A stretch of 54,207 nucleotides of DNA, filler included, from Dirinaria sp. TL-2023a (taxonomy: Eukaryota), in the NCBI GenBank assembly GCA_051941275.1. It is 4 parts of 4 records of this genome, joined end to end, with 100 filler letters (N's around TTAATTAATTAA, not from the genome) between each part and the next. Parts side by side here need not be neighbours in the genome. Positions count along the whole stretch, not along the records: positions 1 to 13,482 come from JAVEBF010000682.1; positions 13,583 to 27,063 come from JAVEBF010000683.1; 2 more parts are not named here. One strand, given 5' to 3'. The notes beneath the pieces were generated by a model. The model did no database searches and was not told where the DNA came from. It saw nothing but the letters and a program-made list of their open reading frames with translations. Within the stretch, counting starts at the first letter, position 1. Each line of letters opens with the position of its first letter. The position numbers were made by a program, and so were the translations under genes. Below are positions 11,344-23,512 of the stretch, in pieces.

Positions 11344-13482
11344 ATGTTGCCCTATATCGACATCCGTGAGCGTCTATCCGAGACCAGTTGACGCCTTGGC
11401 TAATTGTACTTTACCCCTAGCCTTTCAATATGGAGCCAATTTGTCTGGTGCGTCGGTAGACGAACGTAAGTATTCTTGCACAGTTCCCGTTCAATGCTTA
11501 TAGACGAGTCTTAGTGAAGCTGATTTTCTCCTTCTTCCTATCCTACCCACTCGCTGGAGTCTTGAAGCGCATACCAGACGCCAAGCCCTATCAGAAGAAT
11601 CTTTTTATTATAACGTATGAAAATGTCAAGGGACATATTTGAGTCACCAGGGCTAAGGGGGCTTCAGCATTTCTCTCTTCTACCTCGTCGGACTTTTCGA
11701 CCTTTGGGGCGGTATCCGCACATTGCTCATCAGCTCGGTCGGAGCATACCTGATCGCAAAGCACATTAAAGATGACTATATGCCATGGCTCGGCTTTGTG
11801 TTCCTCATGGGCCACATGTCTTTCAGTCACATCATTCGTCAAAACTTGAACGCGCCAGATAAGCTCGACATAACCGGTAAAGGATCTCGAGAATCGGGGC
11901 AGACCAATCGGCTAACGTAGGAAGCGCAGGAGCTCAGATGGTTATGGTCATGAAGGTGGCGTTCACATATAATCAAAAGGCGCCTGAAGCTGACGGGCTC
12001 AGTTAACAGCCTTCTGTTGGAATGTTCAGGACGGGCGACTACCTGAAAAGGATCTGGTAGATTTTCAGAAAGAAAGGGCCATCCGCGAAATGCCTAGCCT
12101 CCTTGATTATGCTGGCTATGTTGTACGCATAAGATTCTAGAATAAGGGATTTCGAACTGACCATTGTCTAGCTATTCTTCCCGTCGCTCCACGCTGGGCC
12201 CTCTTTCGACTATGTTGAATACCGTCGTTGGATTGACACCACCATGTTCGAGATTCCCTCAGGGACTGATCCTACCCAAGCTCCACGGACGCGCAAGAAA
12301 CGAAGAATACCGCGAAGCGGCACACCAGCTGCCTGGAAAGCTGCGACAGGAGTAGTATGGCTCATAGCCTTCCTCAAATTCAACACTTGGTACAACTCCG
12401 ATCTTGTACTGAGCGATCAGTATATGAAGTTCAGCTTTCTCCGCCGAGTATGGACCCTTGAGATGCTAGGCTTTACCACGCGAATGAAATACTACGGAGT
12501 CTGGTACCTTACAGAAGGCGCATGCATCCTTTCAGGCCTAGGCTATAAAGGCATAGATCCGCGAACCGGCCGTGTCCAGTGGAACCGGTTACAGAACGTC
12601 AACCCTTGGGGGATCGAGTCTGCGCAGAACACCCGCGCGTACCTCGAAAACTGGAACATCAACACGAACCACTGGCTGCGGAATTACATGTATCTGCGTG
12701 TGACCCCTAAAGGCAAAAAGCCCGGGTTCCGCGCCAGCTTAGCAACCTTCACCACCAGCGCTTTCTGGCATGGCTTCTACCCGGGCTACTATCTCAGCTT
12801 CATCCTCGCCGCGTTCCTCCAAACCATAGCCAAAAGTAGGCCCCATGCTCTCTCTCTCTCTCCACAACCCTATTTCCCCAAACCCCTCACCCCTCCCTGC
12901 AATCCCGCTTTTGTCGTTGAAATTCCCACAAAATGAAAACCATCTCTCTATCGAACCCGCTCAAAAAAACCCCCCCAAAATCAACTAACAAACCACCATC
13001 TACCCAGGCGTCCGGCGGCACATCCGGCCCTTCTTCCTCACCGCGGACGGCCTTCGGCCCACCAAATACAAACCCTACTACGACACGCTCTCCTACTTCA
13101 CCACGCAAGCGGCATTCTGCTTCACGACCGCCCCCTTCGTATTACTAACCCTACCCGCCTCCCTGCTCGTCTGGTCGCGCGTCTATTTCTACACCGTCGT
13201 CGGCGCCGCCGCTGCCATGGCCTTCTTCGCCTCCCCGGCCAAACCGTGGCTGAACCGCCGACTGCAAGCGCGGAACCAAGGCGCGGTGGTGGGGAAGAGC
13301 TTGCAGGGACAGGGACAGGTTCAGGGTCAGGGGCATGGGGAGGGACAGGGTGAAACGAGGGGCCATCCGTTGATGGGTCTCCCCAGCGATCCGGCGCTCG
13401 ATGTCCAGGAGGCGGTTAGAGAGGTCCAGAGAGAAGTCGAGGCGCGCAGGAGGAAGGGGAGTAAAGTCGAGATTCCAGATGG
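11344..13482 (+). CDS. ALE1: MBOAT lysophospholipid acyltransferase (multi-exon; 3' end lost in assembly gap)
   Basis: MLPYIDIP, GAQMVMVMK|LTAFCWNVQDG, KYYGVWYLTEGA, WNINTNHWLRNYMYLR and SAFWHGFYPGYY (catalytic His); about 7 GT-AG introns. Confidence 0.92.
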
Positions 13483-13582
13483 NNNNNNNNNNNNNNNNNN
13501 NNNNNNNNNNNNNNNNNNNNNNNNNNTTAATTAATTAANNNNNNNNNNNNNNNNNNNNNNNNNNNNNNNNNNNNNNNNNNNN
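13483..13582. other. Assembly gap with artificial TTAATTAATTAA six-frame-stop linker
   Basis: 44 N + TTAATTAATTAA + 44 N, identical to the other two gaps. Confidence 0.97.
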
Positions 13583-14131
13583 CACATCCATCCATAAATA
13601 CACACACCCCACCACAGCAGAAAAAAAGCACCCAACTCCCCTCTCCTGTTGTTCCATTCTACATACATAGTCAAAATGTAGAGGACTGCGCTAGAACGGA
13701 TCATTACAGTTAATAACCAGTAACCATGTTAGAGCACCATAGTAGATACATCATTCTCCTTCTCCCCACCTTTTTTTTTCTCTTTTTTTTTTTCTTGCAT
13801 TCATTCATCCCTCTCCCTCTGCTCCGTGTCGCTTTTAACAAATCCCGCCCCCGGACCACTTCTTCAGTCTATTAGTTTATTTACTAAAGTAGGACAGAAC
13901 AGAACAAAAAGCGAATCCGAAGAGGAGCATGCGCAGAGCACAAAAAAAATCAAAAGCTTCTTTTTTTTCTGGTTTAAACAACGGAAGGAGAAAGGGAAGG
14001 AGGGGGGAGATACCCTTCCTTACTCACGTACATGTACATATAGGCAAGTCAGCAGGTAGCGAGGGTAGAAGGAAGAGACTTTTTGTTTTTTTGGCACGAG
14101 CCGAGAGAAAAAGAGAGAGAAAATTGCACAT

Positions 14132-15986
14132 CTATAAATTACTCCAACACCCCCCCCCTCCTCCTCGTACAACCGCCGACGGCGGCGGCGGCGACTCATC
14201 AGGGTTCCTGCAAGGGAGCTTCTGATACAGAGCCTGTATATCCTGCCGGAACTTCTCCAGCACCAGGTTCCGCACCGGATACCCCTTCGTGCCGCGCGGC
14301 ATGCTGCCCTTCTCCACCAGAAGCAGTAATTCCCGCCTCACCTTGGCGCCCCCCGGCACCGGACACGCTGCGTTCGCCATCTGCACCGCTGCCCAGATTT
14401 TTTCTTCTATTTCTTTTTTCTTTGAGTTCTTCTGCCTTTCTTCTTCTTCTTCTTCATCATCGTTCCCCTCTACAAAACCCTCTGTGCCAAGTTCCACAAC
14501 ACAAGCCAGCCCCTGCTTCTTCTTCGGCGGGCCCAAGTCGCAGATGATCGCCCCGCCGACCACAGCCTGCGCGTCGATGATCCCCTCCATCTGTTTCGGG
14601 AGGAAAAGCTCGCCGTCCGAAGTCCGTGTCAGGTCTTCTTTCCGCCCGCGATAGCGCCACGTGTGCCGCTCCTCCGCGTGCGGTGAGAAGAGATCCTGCA
14701 CGGGGTACTCGGCCAGGTGCGGGAAATTGCGGAACACGGTCTGGAAAGCCGTGCTGCTGCTGCTGCTGCGACTGTCTTCGTCACGGCGGCGGCGGCGGCG
14801 GGTGAGGACGATCTCGTACAGGTCGTGGCACACGTGGCGGAAGTCGTGGGACAACATCGGGTGAGGTCGGATGTAGGCCCAGTCCTCGGCATCGGAGAGG
14901 AAGAGAGGGTACACGCCGCTTTCGGTCGTGCCGTAGAGGGGCGTGAGGCGTGTCCGGCTTGAGAGCACGGGTCCCGCGTCGGCGGGACAAGGCGCGCCGA
15001 TGTATGCCAGGTATCTGAGGCGGCTGATGTTGGCGAGGTATTGCGGCGTGCGTGCGACCTCGCGGAAGTGCCGTGGAGCGGTGATGCTGGCTTGGATGTC
15101 GGCGTGGGTGAGGCAGGTGTTGAAGAAATCTGCTGATATCGCGGTCCATGGTGGGGGGAGAACAGGAACGAAGTCGTGTACGATGTTGTATCCGAGTATC
15201 GCGTAGAGGCCGGCGGCGACGGAGATCGGCGTCGTTACCAGGACGCGCAGGTTGCGGAAATGGGCGAATACGGTCCCTTCATCTGCGTTCGATGAGATAA
15301 GGATGTGGCTGTATGAGGCGTAGTGCAGGTTGTAGGAAGCGTGGGTGAGGGTGACTGGTTTGGGATGGCCGGTCGTGCCTGAGGTGTGGAGAACGGTGAA
15401 GGGCTCGTGTGAGCTTGATGAGACGGGGACTCGGTGGATGTAAGGTGAAACTGGAGGGGAGTCTAACCATATTGACAGCGAGGGAACAGAGAAGACAGGG
15501 AGGTTAGCAGAGCGGATGATTTGCTCTGCGACTGGCGTTGATGGCGAGAAGAAGAGGATTTTGCAGCCAGTTGCTCGTAGAAGATGAAGATAGGAGTCGA
15601 TGCTTAGGGCGGGGTGGAAGCATTGAAGCTGAGGATTGGAGAAACAATCAGCCAATTCAACAATTGGAATGACCAGAACAGACTTTATGCCCTGTCTTCG
15701 TTGCTGCGAGGACGAGGATCGCGTAGCGAAGATCTTGAGAGCCGACATATGCTACCGTATCAAACCCGGCACTTCTCCCTATCGTGGCGTCGATCCACCA
15801 GGCGCATTTGTCGATGGCACGAGCGAAGTCTCGATAGCTGTAATCGCGGTATCCATCTGCGATGTTCTCTTTGAGCAAGGAAACAAAGACACGATTTGGG
15901 ATACGCTCTGCGAGTTTGTCGATGAGGTGTGGGAGGGTCAGACTGATACAATCTTCATGGAAATGCTCTGCCGCATATGTCTCCAT
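14132..15986 (-). CDS. Stand-alone adenylate-forming enzyme (NRPS-like A domain; no T or R domain); intron 15629-15683
   Basis: LPHLIDKLA..SYRDFARAIDKCAWW..VAYVGSQDLRY..AATKTGHK is typical of fungal NRPS-like A domains. Core motifs: A3 LHTSGTTGHPKP, A5 YGTTE, A7 QDLF, A8 WRYRGRKED, A10 PRGTKG. The stop comes soon after IQALY. Confidence 0.85.
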
Positions 15987-16459
15987 GCTGCCCAAGATTC
16001 AGGTCCCAGAAAGAGGTTGAAAGTTAGAATCGAAGAAACCCCCCCCCAAGATTTTGACCGAGGGATGGACGTTCAAGGGTAGCCGTATTTCAAGCTAAGG
16101 TAGACAGAGGTGTACAGTATCTGTGGAGCCTGCAGATATTCCACTAAAAAAATAGCGGCATGCGAGCTGCAATACTTGCAGTTCACGGGTTTTTTTTCTT
16201 CACCGACCTAGATGTGCAGAAAAAGGCGGTACGAGGATGTGGATTAGCAAAAAAAACTCTCTTTCGTTCGTAAGGGCGATAGAACCATTGGCCTACCGAA
16301 TCGCCGACGCAGCTTCGGGTGTGACGACTGATGTCAGGATGCCTTCCCCAGAATCATTGGTGCCGATCGCCTCTTCATTACTGCCTAGATCCGGGAGGTG
16401 CGCTTACCAAACTTTGAAATTAGACGCATGAGAATTTGCACAAACATGCCTTTGAATCT

Positions 16460-17695
16460 CTACGCCATCTCACTCATCACGTGCAAATCCCTTTTCACGT
16501 TGATATTCTCAAGCTGTACATCGTCAGACAATACCCCTGAGTCCCGCTCAGCGTAAGCTGTTGTCCTGATACCATCACTATGCACATCACCCTGCCGCAT
16601 GAATGTTTCGGTATGGCGCATGCCAGTCCGATTCTTGTCAAGATTCTTGTAGTACCGTTGCTCAGGCGTTATCACATATCGTGGAGTCCTTGTTGAAGAC
16701 AATTGGGGGAACAGGCGTAAGGCTAGAGGGCGTAGTGTGGGAAGGCAGGCTGATATAACTCCAACGCTAGGCTCAATAGAAGACCATATAACAGTGCCAT
16801 TCATCGCCCCTTGCAAGTGAAGTATCAGCAACGCTATTCGCATGGTTGGGATAAGAGATTGCTTACAGGTGAAATCTGGGTCGTCCACCTTGAATTGCTC
16901 CCTCAGGCGGACTAGGCTTGCAACAACAACACTAGTGAAAGGTGATCGCGGCAATTAGCGATGATCCTGTGTGAAATCATCTGCACGAGTACTTACAACC
17001 CTCCCAATAGAAATGTAATAGATAGAGCGATTTTCTGGTGCCGTTGAGTGTTGAGTCGCCAGACCTCGCGTAGTGGAAGGGTGAGAATGACGATATCGGT
17101 CACAATGTTGGGGACCGCATTCCCCACGAAGAACTTTTTGGTGTTGATACATTTGGATTTGGTATATGTTTTATCCCAGAAGCCGTTGACCGGGTTGCAT
17201 GAGAATATGGAAACCAGGAGAATGGCGATCCACCATGCCACCACCACTGCCGCTACTACGTTTGCGGCGAGTTTGAATTTGCGAACTGAAAAGATCCTGC
17301 GGTACAAGGAAAGAACGGAAAGCTTGATGGTCATAATTGCCGTCCCGTACAGAATTTCGTAAGCAAATAAGCACTGCCATGAACCCAAGGGTCAGTGGCC
17401 AAAGACTAAGAGCGCTGAAATGGAGAAGGTTCACCTTGGAATATTGCGGTATATTTCCCAGTGGCACCGTTTGTATGTGTTTCCCCGAGCCGAGGTGTGT
17501 CATTTCCATGGACAGAGTGAAGCAGCCTAGCGTGCATACCAGGCCAACAAGTATGGCGTAGTCATCAAATTCGAATCGCAACTTCTGGATGCGTCTAGCT
17601 ACAAAGCGACAAATGACAGCTATTACTGCAAGAATGGCGAATGGGATGGTAGCGCCCAAGGTAGCTTGTTGCTGGCTTTGGTTTGCATCAGCCAT
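16460..17695 (-). CDS. PTH11-like / fungal rhodopsin-domain integral membrane protein (no CFEM domain); 4 exons
   Basis: RFVARR..FDDYAI, GSGKHI, IKLSVLSLYRRIF, IFSCNPVNGFWD, NIVTDIVILTLPL..VWRL, WSSIEPSVGVISACLPTLRPL; three canonical introns restore the frame. Confidence 0.9.
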
Positions 17696-19236
17696 AGCGT
17701 TAGCGGACGCCGGAGAGATTACGATTAGTATGCCGAGCTCAAAGTTGAAGAGGGAAGAGACAACAAAAAACCCGGAAACGACTGAATGATATTGCTTTTG
17801 AAAGAGTACATGTAACCTGACAAGGAGATAACGATATTATCTCGAAACGGGGCTACGGAAGATGGATGGCGAATTGGCGAGGCGCAGTCTGCCCTGGCAC
17901 CAGGTGTGGCTACTGTAAAGGGGCTCGAAGGGCTAAAAGATAAAGGAAGCAACGCTTGTTGCCAATGCAGATTTGTGCGCGTTTTTGGCATTGAAATTAT
18001 GCCGCACACAAGGATTTTCATCAGCCCCCGAAACGTACCTTAATGACGCTGCAACTCCCGCCCCCAGAGTCACACACTCACACCGTTCTAGATTTTTGGT
18101 GGAACGGGAGTTACGGGACCGTTTCCTGGGTCAGGACTCGGATGACCGGCGCTTCCCATGCCAGTAGCCGCATTAGGAGATGTACATGTAAGCTACTGTA
18201 AAAGCAAGTACCTTACTGTAGGAGACAAGGATATCGATGGCACGTTCTTGCGAGGAACTGCAGCCATAGACCCATAGACCCACCTAACTACCTTACAAGG
18301 TACAGTACAGTATTATTGCGGCGATTCAGTCCAATTCTGGCGATCCGACACCGATGCACCAGTCGTACAGTCACCATTGATCGTTTACCACATCATTTCA
18401 ATGAGCCTAAGTAGGTAAGTAAGCTCATGCAGTGTTCATGTCAAGTACATGTAGGATGAGACAAATGCGTGCTGACCCGTAGGCTGAGAGGCTGAATGGT
18501 GAGGATGATGATCCAAAATGGACCCTGATCACACATCAAATCTTGTACGGAGTACTCCCTAGCGCTTCTCGGCCTCGGTGATTTGACAGAGTGTGCATGC
18601 AACTTCTGCAGCGCGAGAAAAGCAGGAGGAATATTCTCCGACCGGGGACATTGAAAATTGTGAATGAACGAATCAACGTTTACCATGACACGCGGCCAAA
18701 ATTGCTCTCGAACGTGCGCATGCAGTAGTCGTAGATGTCACAATTTCGTAGGTTGGGGCTGCAGGTCGCTGGTGTGAGCTGGAAGTTTGGCAGTACTAGT
18801 AGTGTGGAAGTGTGGATGGAAGTGTGGAACAGGATCGCCGAAAGGAGAGGGGAGGCGATGGATGCCGAGACTAGGTCGTCCAGGTGACTGGGTATGGGTA
18901 GGCTTTAGTGAGTACAGGTGCTCCTGGGACCTGGAAAGCAAATTATCTATGTACTGTACAGTATTTTGGGCTGGTCGCGCTAGCCCGGACTTTGGATGTT
19001 AATCTCCGGACCCCATTGGTGACGTGATGGCCAGAGCAGTCTCCCATTCAGGGGCTGGCCATAGTCCAGCCATTGTAGAAGTCGGCGTCAGAAGAGGTCA
19101 CAATAATAATCGCAGCGTCTGATTGAGCGTGAAGCACAAGTTTCTCTCATAGCCAGCAAGATCTGCTCACGCACGTTGAAGATTAGAACCTTGCCGCCCG
19201 TAGACACAGCCAGATGCTCCCTCAAAGGCTGGTTGC

Positions 19237-20113
19237 TTAGTCCAGCAACTCACCAGCGCACCTCCTTATTAACCGTACAACAGTCGGGGTTTCAGAGAGC
19301 CACGCACTATGACTTGCGTTGCACTTCTCAATGGTCCATGGCCTCCTGGACTGATCTGCTACGCCCTCAAGCATCTTCTCTTGCAGCCAAATGTAGACGC
19401 CCTGATCCTTCTCACACATCAGGTACGTGCATGGGAGCAGGCCACTCTCCCAGGCCACAGAATCCACGGTCGAAGCGAACGTCGACGCAGGTTGAGGTCG
19501 CATCAAGTCGATCCAAGGCTGCGCTTCGGCTTGCGATACATCGTTGTAGAAAACCTCTTTCGGGTCAACGACTTTCACATAGTTTCCATCCTCCGGCTAC
19601 CGCAATCTCAGCAATGAACAACTCTGGTGGCACAGCAAAGTAATCCACTCACATCGGCTATGAGATACGGTGGTCTTTCGGGGAACATTCCCAGAAGACT
19701 CTGGCCCTTAGGGACCAGAAAAGCGGCAATGAATAAGCAGTGCGTGATGCCTCCCTGCCGCCCTTTCGCGATCCGCGCAGCCTTTTCAAGCCCAGATACC
19801 GCGTTTGTGCCAGCAAGGCCACCATAGGAATGCATCACAAGTATGACATCCTTACCTTCTGACTCGATTAGATGTTCGAGGGCTGCTCTGATCACTGCAG
19901 TGTCCTCGTGATGTGACGTGACAGCAATGTCTCTGCTTGCCAACTGGACTGCTTCGCTTGGGTATGCTAAATTGCTGAGTTCTGCGCGTGTAACATCCCA
20001 CACTGCGGGCGAATGCCAGGCTCCTTATCTGGCGTTCAGTATACTCCATTGACTCTCTAGGAGATCTCACCATGGACAAACAGCACTGTCTGCTTTGTGG
20101 AAGTTTGAGACAT
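19237..20113 (-). CDS. Alpha/beta-hydrolase (AB hydrolase-6 / methylesterase-like); 3 exons
   Basis: VLFVH|GAWHSP oxyanion motif, nucleophile elbow LVMHSYGG, Asp in TYLMCEKDQ and His in NASHSAW. Confidence 0.9.
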
Positions 20114-20519
20114 CACGGCAAAGCTCACACCGGGTGAAAAATCAAATTGGTAGTGGTGAGGAGGTCCTTATCGTGGTCGAGGGGGTGTGATGTTCAAGGC
20201 TACCTTACAGAGGGAAGGGAATATTTTAATCCGAGCCACACTCTTATGTTCATTTGCAGCGGCAAAGTCAGGGTCCAGCCCCAGGCCAATAGATTCACCT
20301 CAAGTAAGGTCTTACACTTCCTTATTCTACTCCCTCCCCTTATGCTGCTATGCAGGCTCAATGGACTCCCTCAGCCTCATTGCTCAGAGGTCACTAAAGA
20401 TCACGGCTATGGAACCTGGATTTCAGAAGTAATTGCTCAAGGACATGAGGTTCAAAAATCATTATTTCAACGGTGTTTGAAATTCTTCGCTCCAACAGGC
20501 GGCGATAAAGGAGCAGTGG

Positions 20520-21591
20520 CTATATATGCTTTCTACCAATGGCTACCTCAATTCGATAATCCAATGCGTGTCCTTGTTTCAATGCTGCTGCTGCTTCGCC
20601 GATCAGCCGCCTGGATTTGGGTCCACTGGCTTCCGAGTTGCTGTTGTCGAGACCGTAGTATGAGAACTCCGTGAGCGACATACAAGTCATCTGCGTGAAA
20701 TATGGCATGAAGTGAGGTTTTACACTATGTTGCTCCGATTTGATCTCTACAAGACTTTGCTGTTCCAGGATCTGGGGCATATCGGCAACCCATCTTCAGT
20801 GGTTGGCTCATTAGTAATTTTGCTGACGACATCATGGTTGCTCTTACCTGCCATAGCCGCTATCTATGAGCATCTGATTCAATGTTTCCATGGCAGCGTT
20901 ATCCTGATCAGGCTTTACTGAAGCAATTTGGGTTGTTAGGAAATTGTGTTCTGACCACTGTAAGAAGCCGCCTGGCTCTAATCACTAATGTCAGCTTATA
21001 TCCTAGAGTACGCAAGGAGAGAACGCACTCAACATTCTGACGACACTGTTTGCTATTCTCTCAGGGTTGTTGTCTCTCACAACCGTCAATAACAGTCGAA
21101 TGTTGACTAAGTCGTACTTTCCGACCAAATGCTCCGGTATAGGTTCATGGATATCGAGCTGGTGTGTAGACACGTTTTTAGGAAGCCACTTTCCAGGAGG
21201 GGATTGATCCAAAGAAATATCGAACCCATCGATATGAGCCAATGGGTACTGATAACTCAGGTCGACTGGCCAAATACTTTCAAAACTATTCAGTATATCA
21301 CTCACAGCACGTGAAGCCTATAGGTACCAAGAAAGTCACATACGATGTACCTGTCCCCACATCGGCGATCTTGAATCCTTCTCCGCTCGGTGGAATTGGG
21401 ACAGCCCAATGCACGTTGAACCCTAACGTATCCTTCCACAAGAAATGCTGGAGATTTAGTCTGCATGCGCGTTAGCATATTTGGCTGAATCAATTTTAAA
21501 GATAATGCTTGAAAGACCTAGTCGAAGCTACAAAATCTCGGCCTAGAATGTATTCGTTGGAAGATCTCGATTGACCCTGTTCAGTCTCCAT
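20520..21591 (-). CDS. Class I SAM-dependent methyltransferase (LaeA-like / GliN-SirN-like fungal family); 5 exons
   Basis: Spliced protein METEQ..YILGRDFVASTR|LNLQHFLWK..KIADVGTGTS|IW..GFDIS..YDLVNIRLL..ML|KPGGFLQWSE..GR|WVADMP; all four introns are GT-AG with branch points. Confidence 0.9.
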
Positions 21592-23409
21592 ACCTTTAAT
21601 AATGGTGGGCCTGTTTGTGCGGATTCGGAGAAATTGGTGTATGGAATTATCATTCTGATGAAGGGTTTCAAAGCTTACTCAAAGAGCGCCTAAGACTCAA
21701 CTACTTTTTGAACACCGCCATTCTCGAAAAAGGGATTGCTAATACTCAATCTAATGTAGGCAACCCACTTCGGCTGCCACTGATGACTGGCTCCGCCCCT
21801 AGCCTGAGTCCCTCTTATGTCGTGTTTCAATGCTTAGTCTCTCGAAATCTTTTGGATCCGTCTGTGACGTATAATATGTGCTATGTGTGGCAAAGACTAT
21901 GCCGACTTAGAGCACGCGGCACCGGCAATCTCTCTCCGCGCCTTTTTTTCTTTTTCTTTTTTTCCTTTTCTTCCTTTCTTGGCTCTTTTTCTTCTCAAGC
22001 ACTGCCCAAGCGGTCTGCCACCTCAGTCATAACTTCTTCGAGAGCTATTGCCTATTGAATTCCTAATGTATGGAAAAGCATAAGTTCTAGTGTGTGAATA
22101 TGCAAGGCTTTCCCTGTATTCTTGGCATAACATGAAAATGGCTGGGAATTGCGGTGAGCTTTTTTCTTTTCAGCATGCAGTCCGATGTACTAAGGATTGG
22201 ACAAGGAGGCTTTGCAATTTCCCCAAATACGGAGGTAAGGTTGCGGCACCAAGTGGGTTATGTGAGGTGCGGTCGGCTGTCTTCACTTCGATTTCTAGTA
22301 GTTGGGGTCAAGGTTAGCTTTTCATGCGGGCTCGAGGCTAAAATACGACCCCGCGTTGAAACAAACTTTCGAAGGATCAGCGCCACGTCAAGAACGTCTC
22401 CTCGAATTTTCTAGTGGCGATTGGTTTTCCACTTCATTGAAAGATTCCTTCACTATCTCTTGGTTCTACTTCCGCTTATGCTGTGTATCGCGAGATGCAC
22501 AAATGACTGGACAGCTGGGCATGCGCCCTCAAAGCTTTTCTCGTCCATATCTTACTACCTTCCCTTGCTTTCACATCCTATGCGCGAATGAGAAGCTTCC
22601 ATTCTAGCCGCTGAACAAATCAAGCAAAGTTCATGGCCAGATTACATACATCAAACTAGAGCGTACTAGTGGAGGAGGCATAGCGGTGAGGGAAGCACGG
22701 GAAGGAGTGTAGAAACCGTTGACGACCGGCCCGCGGAACAACACGATTCGGCCCGTACAGGTGAGGCTGACATCGGTCCAGCTCGCTGTAGCCTGTAGGA
22801 GCGACTAGGCGTTCAGGTGGGGGCGCTGGTCAACTGTATTGGGATAGGCAACTCCCAGTACATGCGCATTCCCTCGGTAGATGGTCTTACACTTGCCTCG
22901 TGACTGCGTGGAACAAGGGATCAAATTATCAGCCATGAATCCCACTTTTGGAGACCGTCGATGTTAGGGCTCACTCAGGGTTGACTTCGATAAGTTACGC
23001 CGTAAGTAAGTTGAATTCTCTGCCACTGCATTTTTACCTACTTTGCCGAATTTAACCATATAAGAGATTAATTTCGCACATTGGGGGGCCGCTTGGCGAA
23101 GTCTTGGCTCCGGCGGATGCAATTCCGCTGCGATTACTCTTGACTTGGCAGACACGAAATATTTCATCGCCGCGACGTTCGTTTTCGTCCGTTTGTCTTC
23201 CAACGATTCTTCTTTCATTCGATCGCATGTAGTTTTTTCGCTGATGACAGCGTCGCTTTGACGTATGAGAGCAACATATTAGATCGCTTCGACGAATTCT
23301 GCCTGACGAGAACGCTTGAATGCGCTTGAGCTTTGACGAGAATCATTGAGGAACGATTCTTTTCCCAAAAAGGTTTAGTTGAGGGGACGTTTCGAAAGTA
23401 TTTGTATAA

Positions 23410-23512
23410 TATGCATATATGCATATATGCATACTGTATATTCATAGTAACATATGATAATAACATATGCATATGCGTATGATATGATATATGAATATAC
23501 ATATGCATATGC
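23410..23512. repeat. AT-rich ATATGCAT low-complexity inverted repeat
   Basis: TGTATATTCATA (23435-23446) and its exact reverse complement TATGAATATACA (23490-23501), flanked by ATGCATAT palindromes. Confidence 0.8.

Noticed and set aside
13527..13538. TTAATTAATTAA palindrome repeated three times (also 27108-27119 and 40684-40695)
   Set aside because: It is centred in identical N-runs, so it is an artificial scaffolding linker with stops in all six frames. It also means adjacency across the gaps is unproven.
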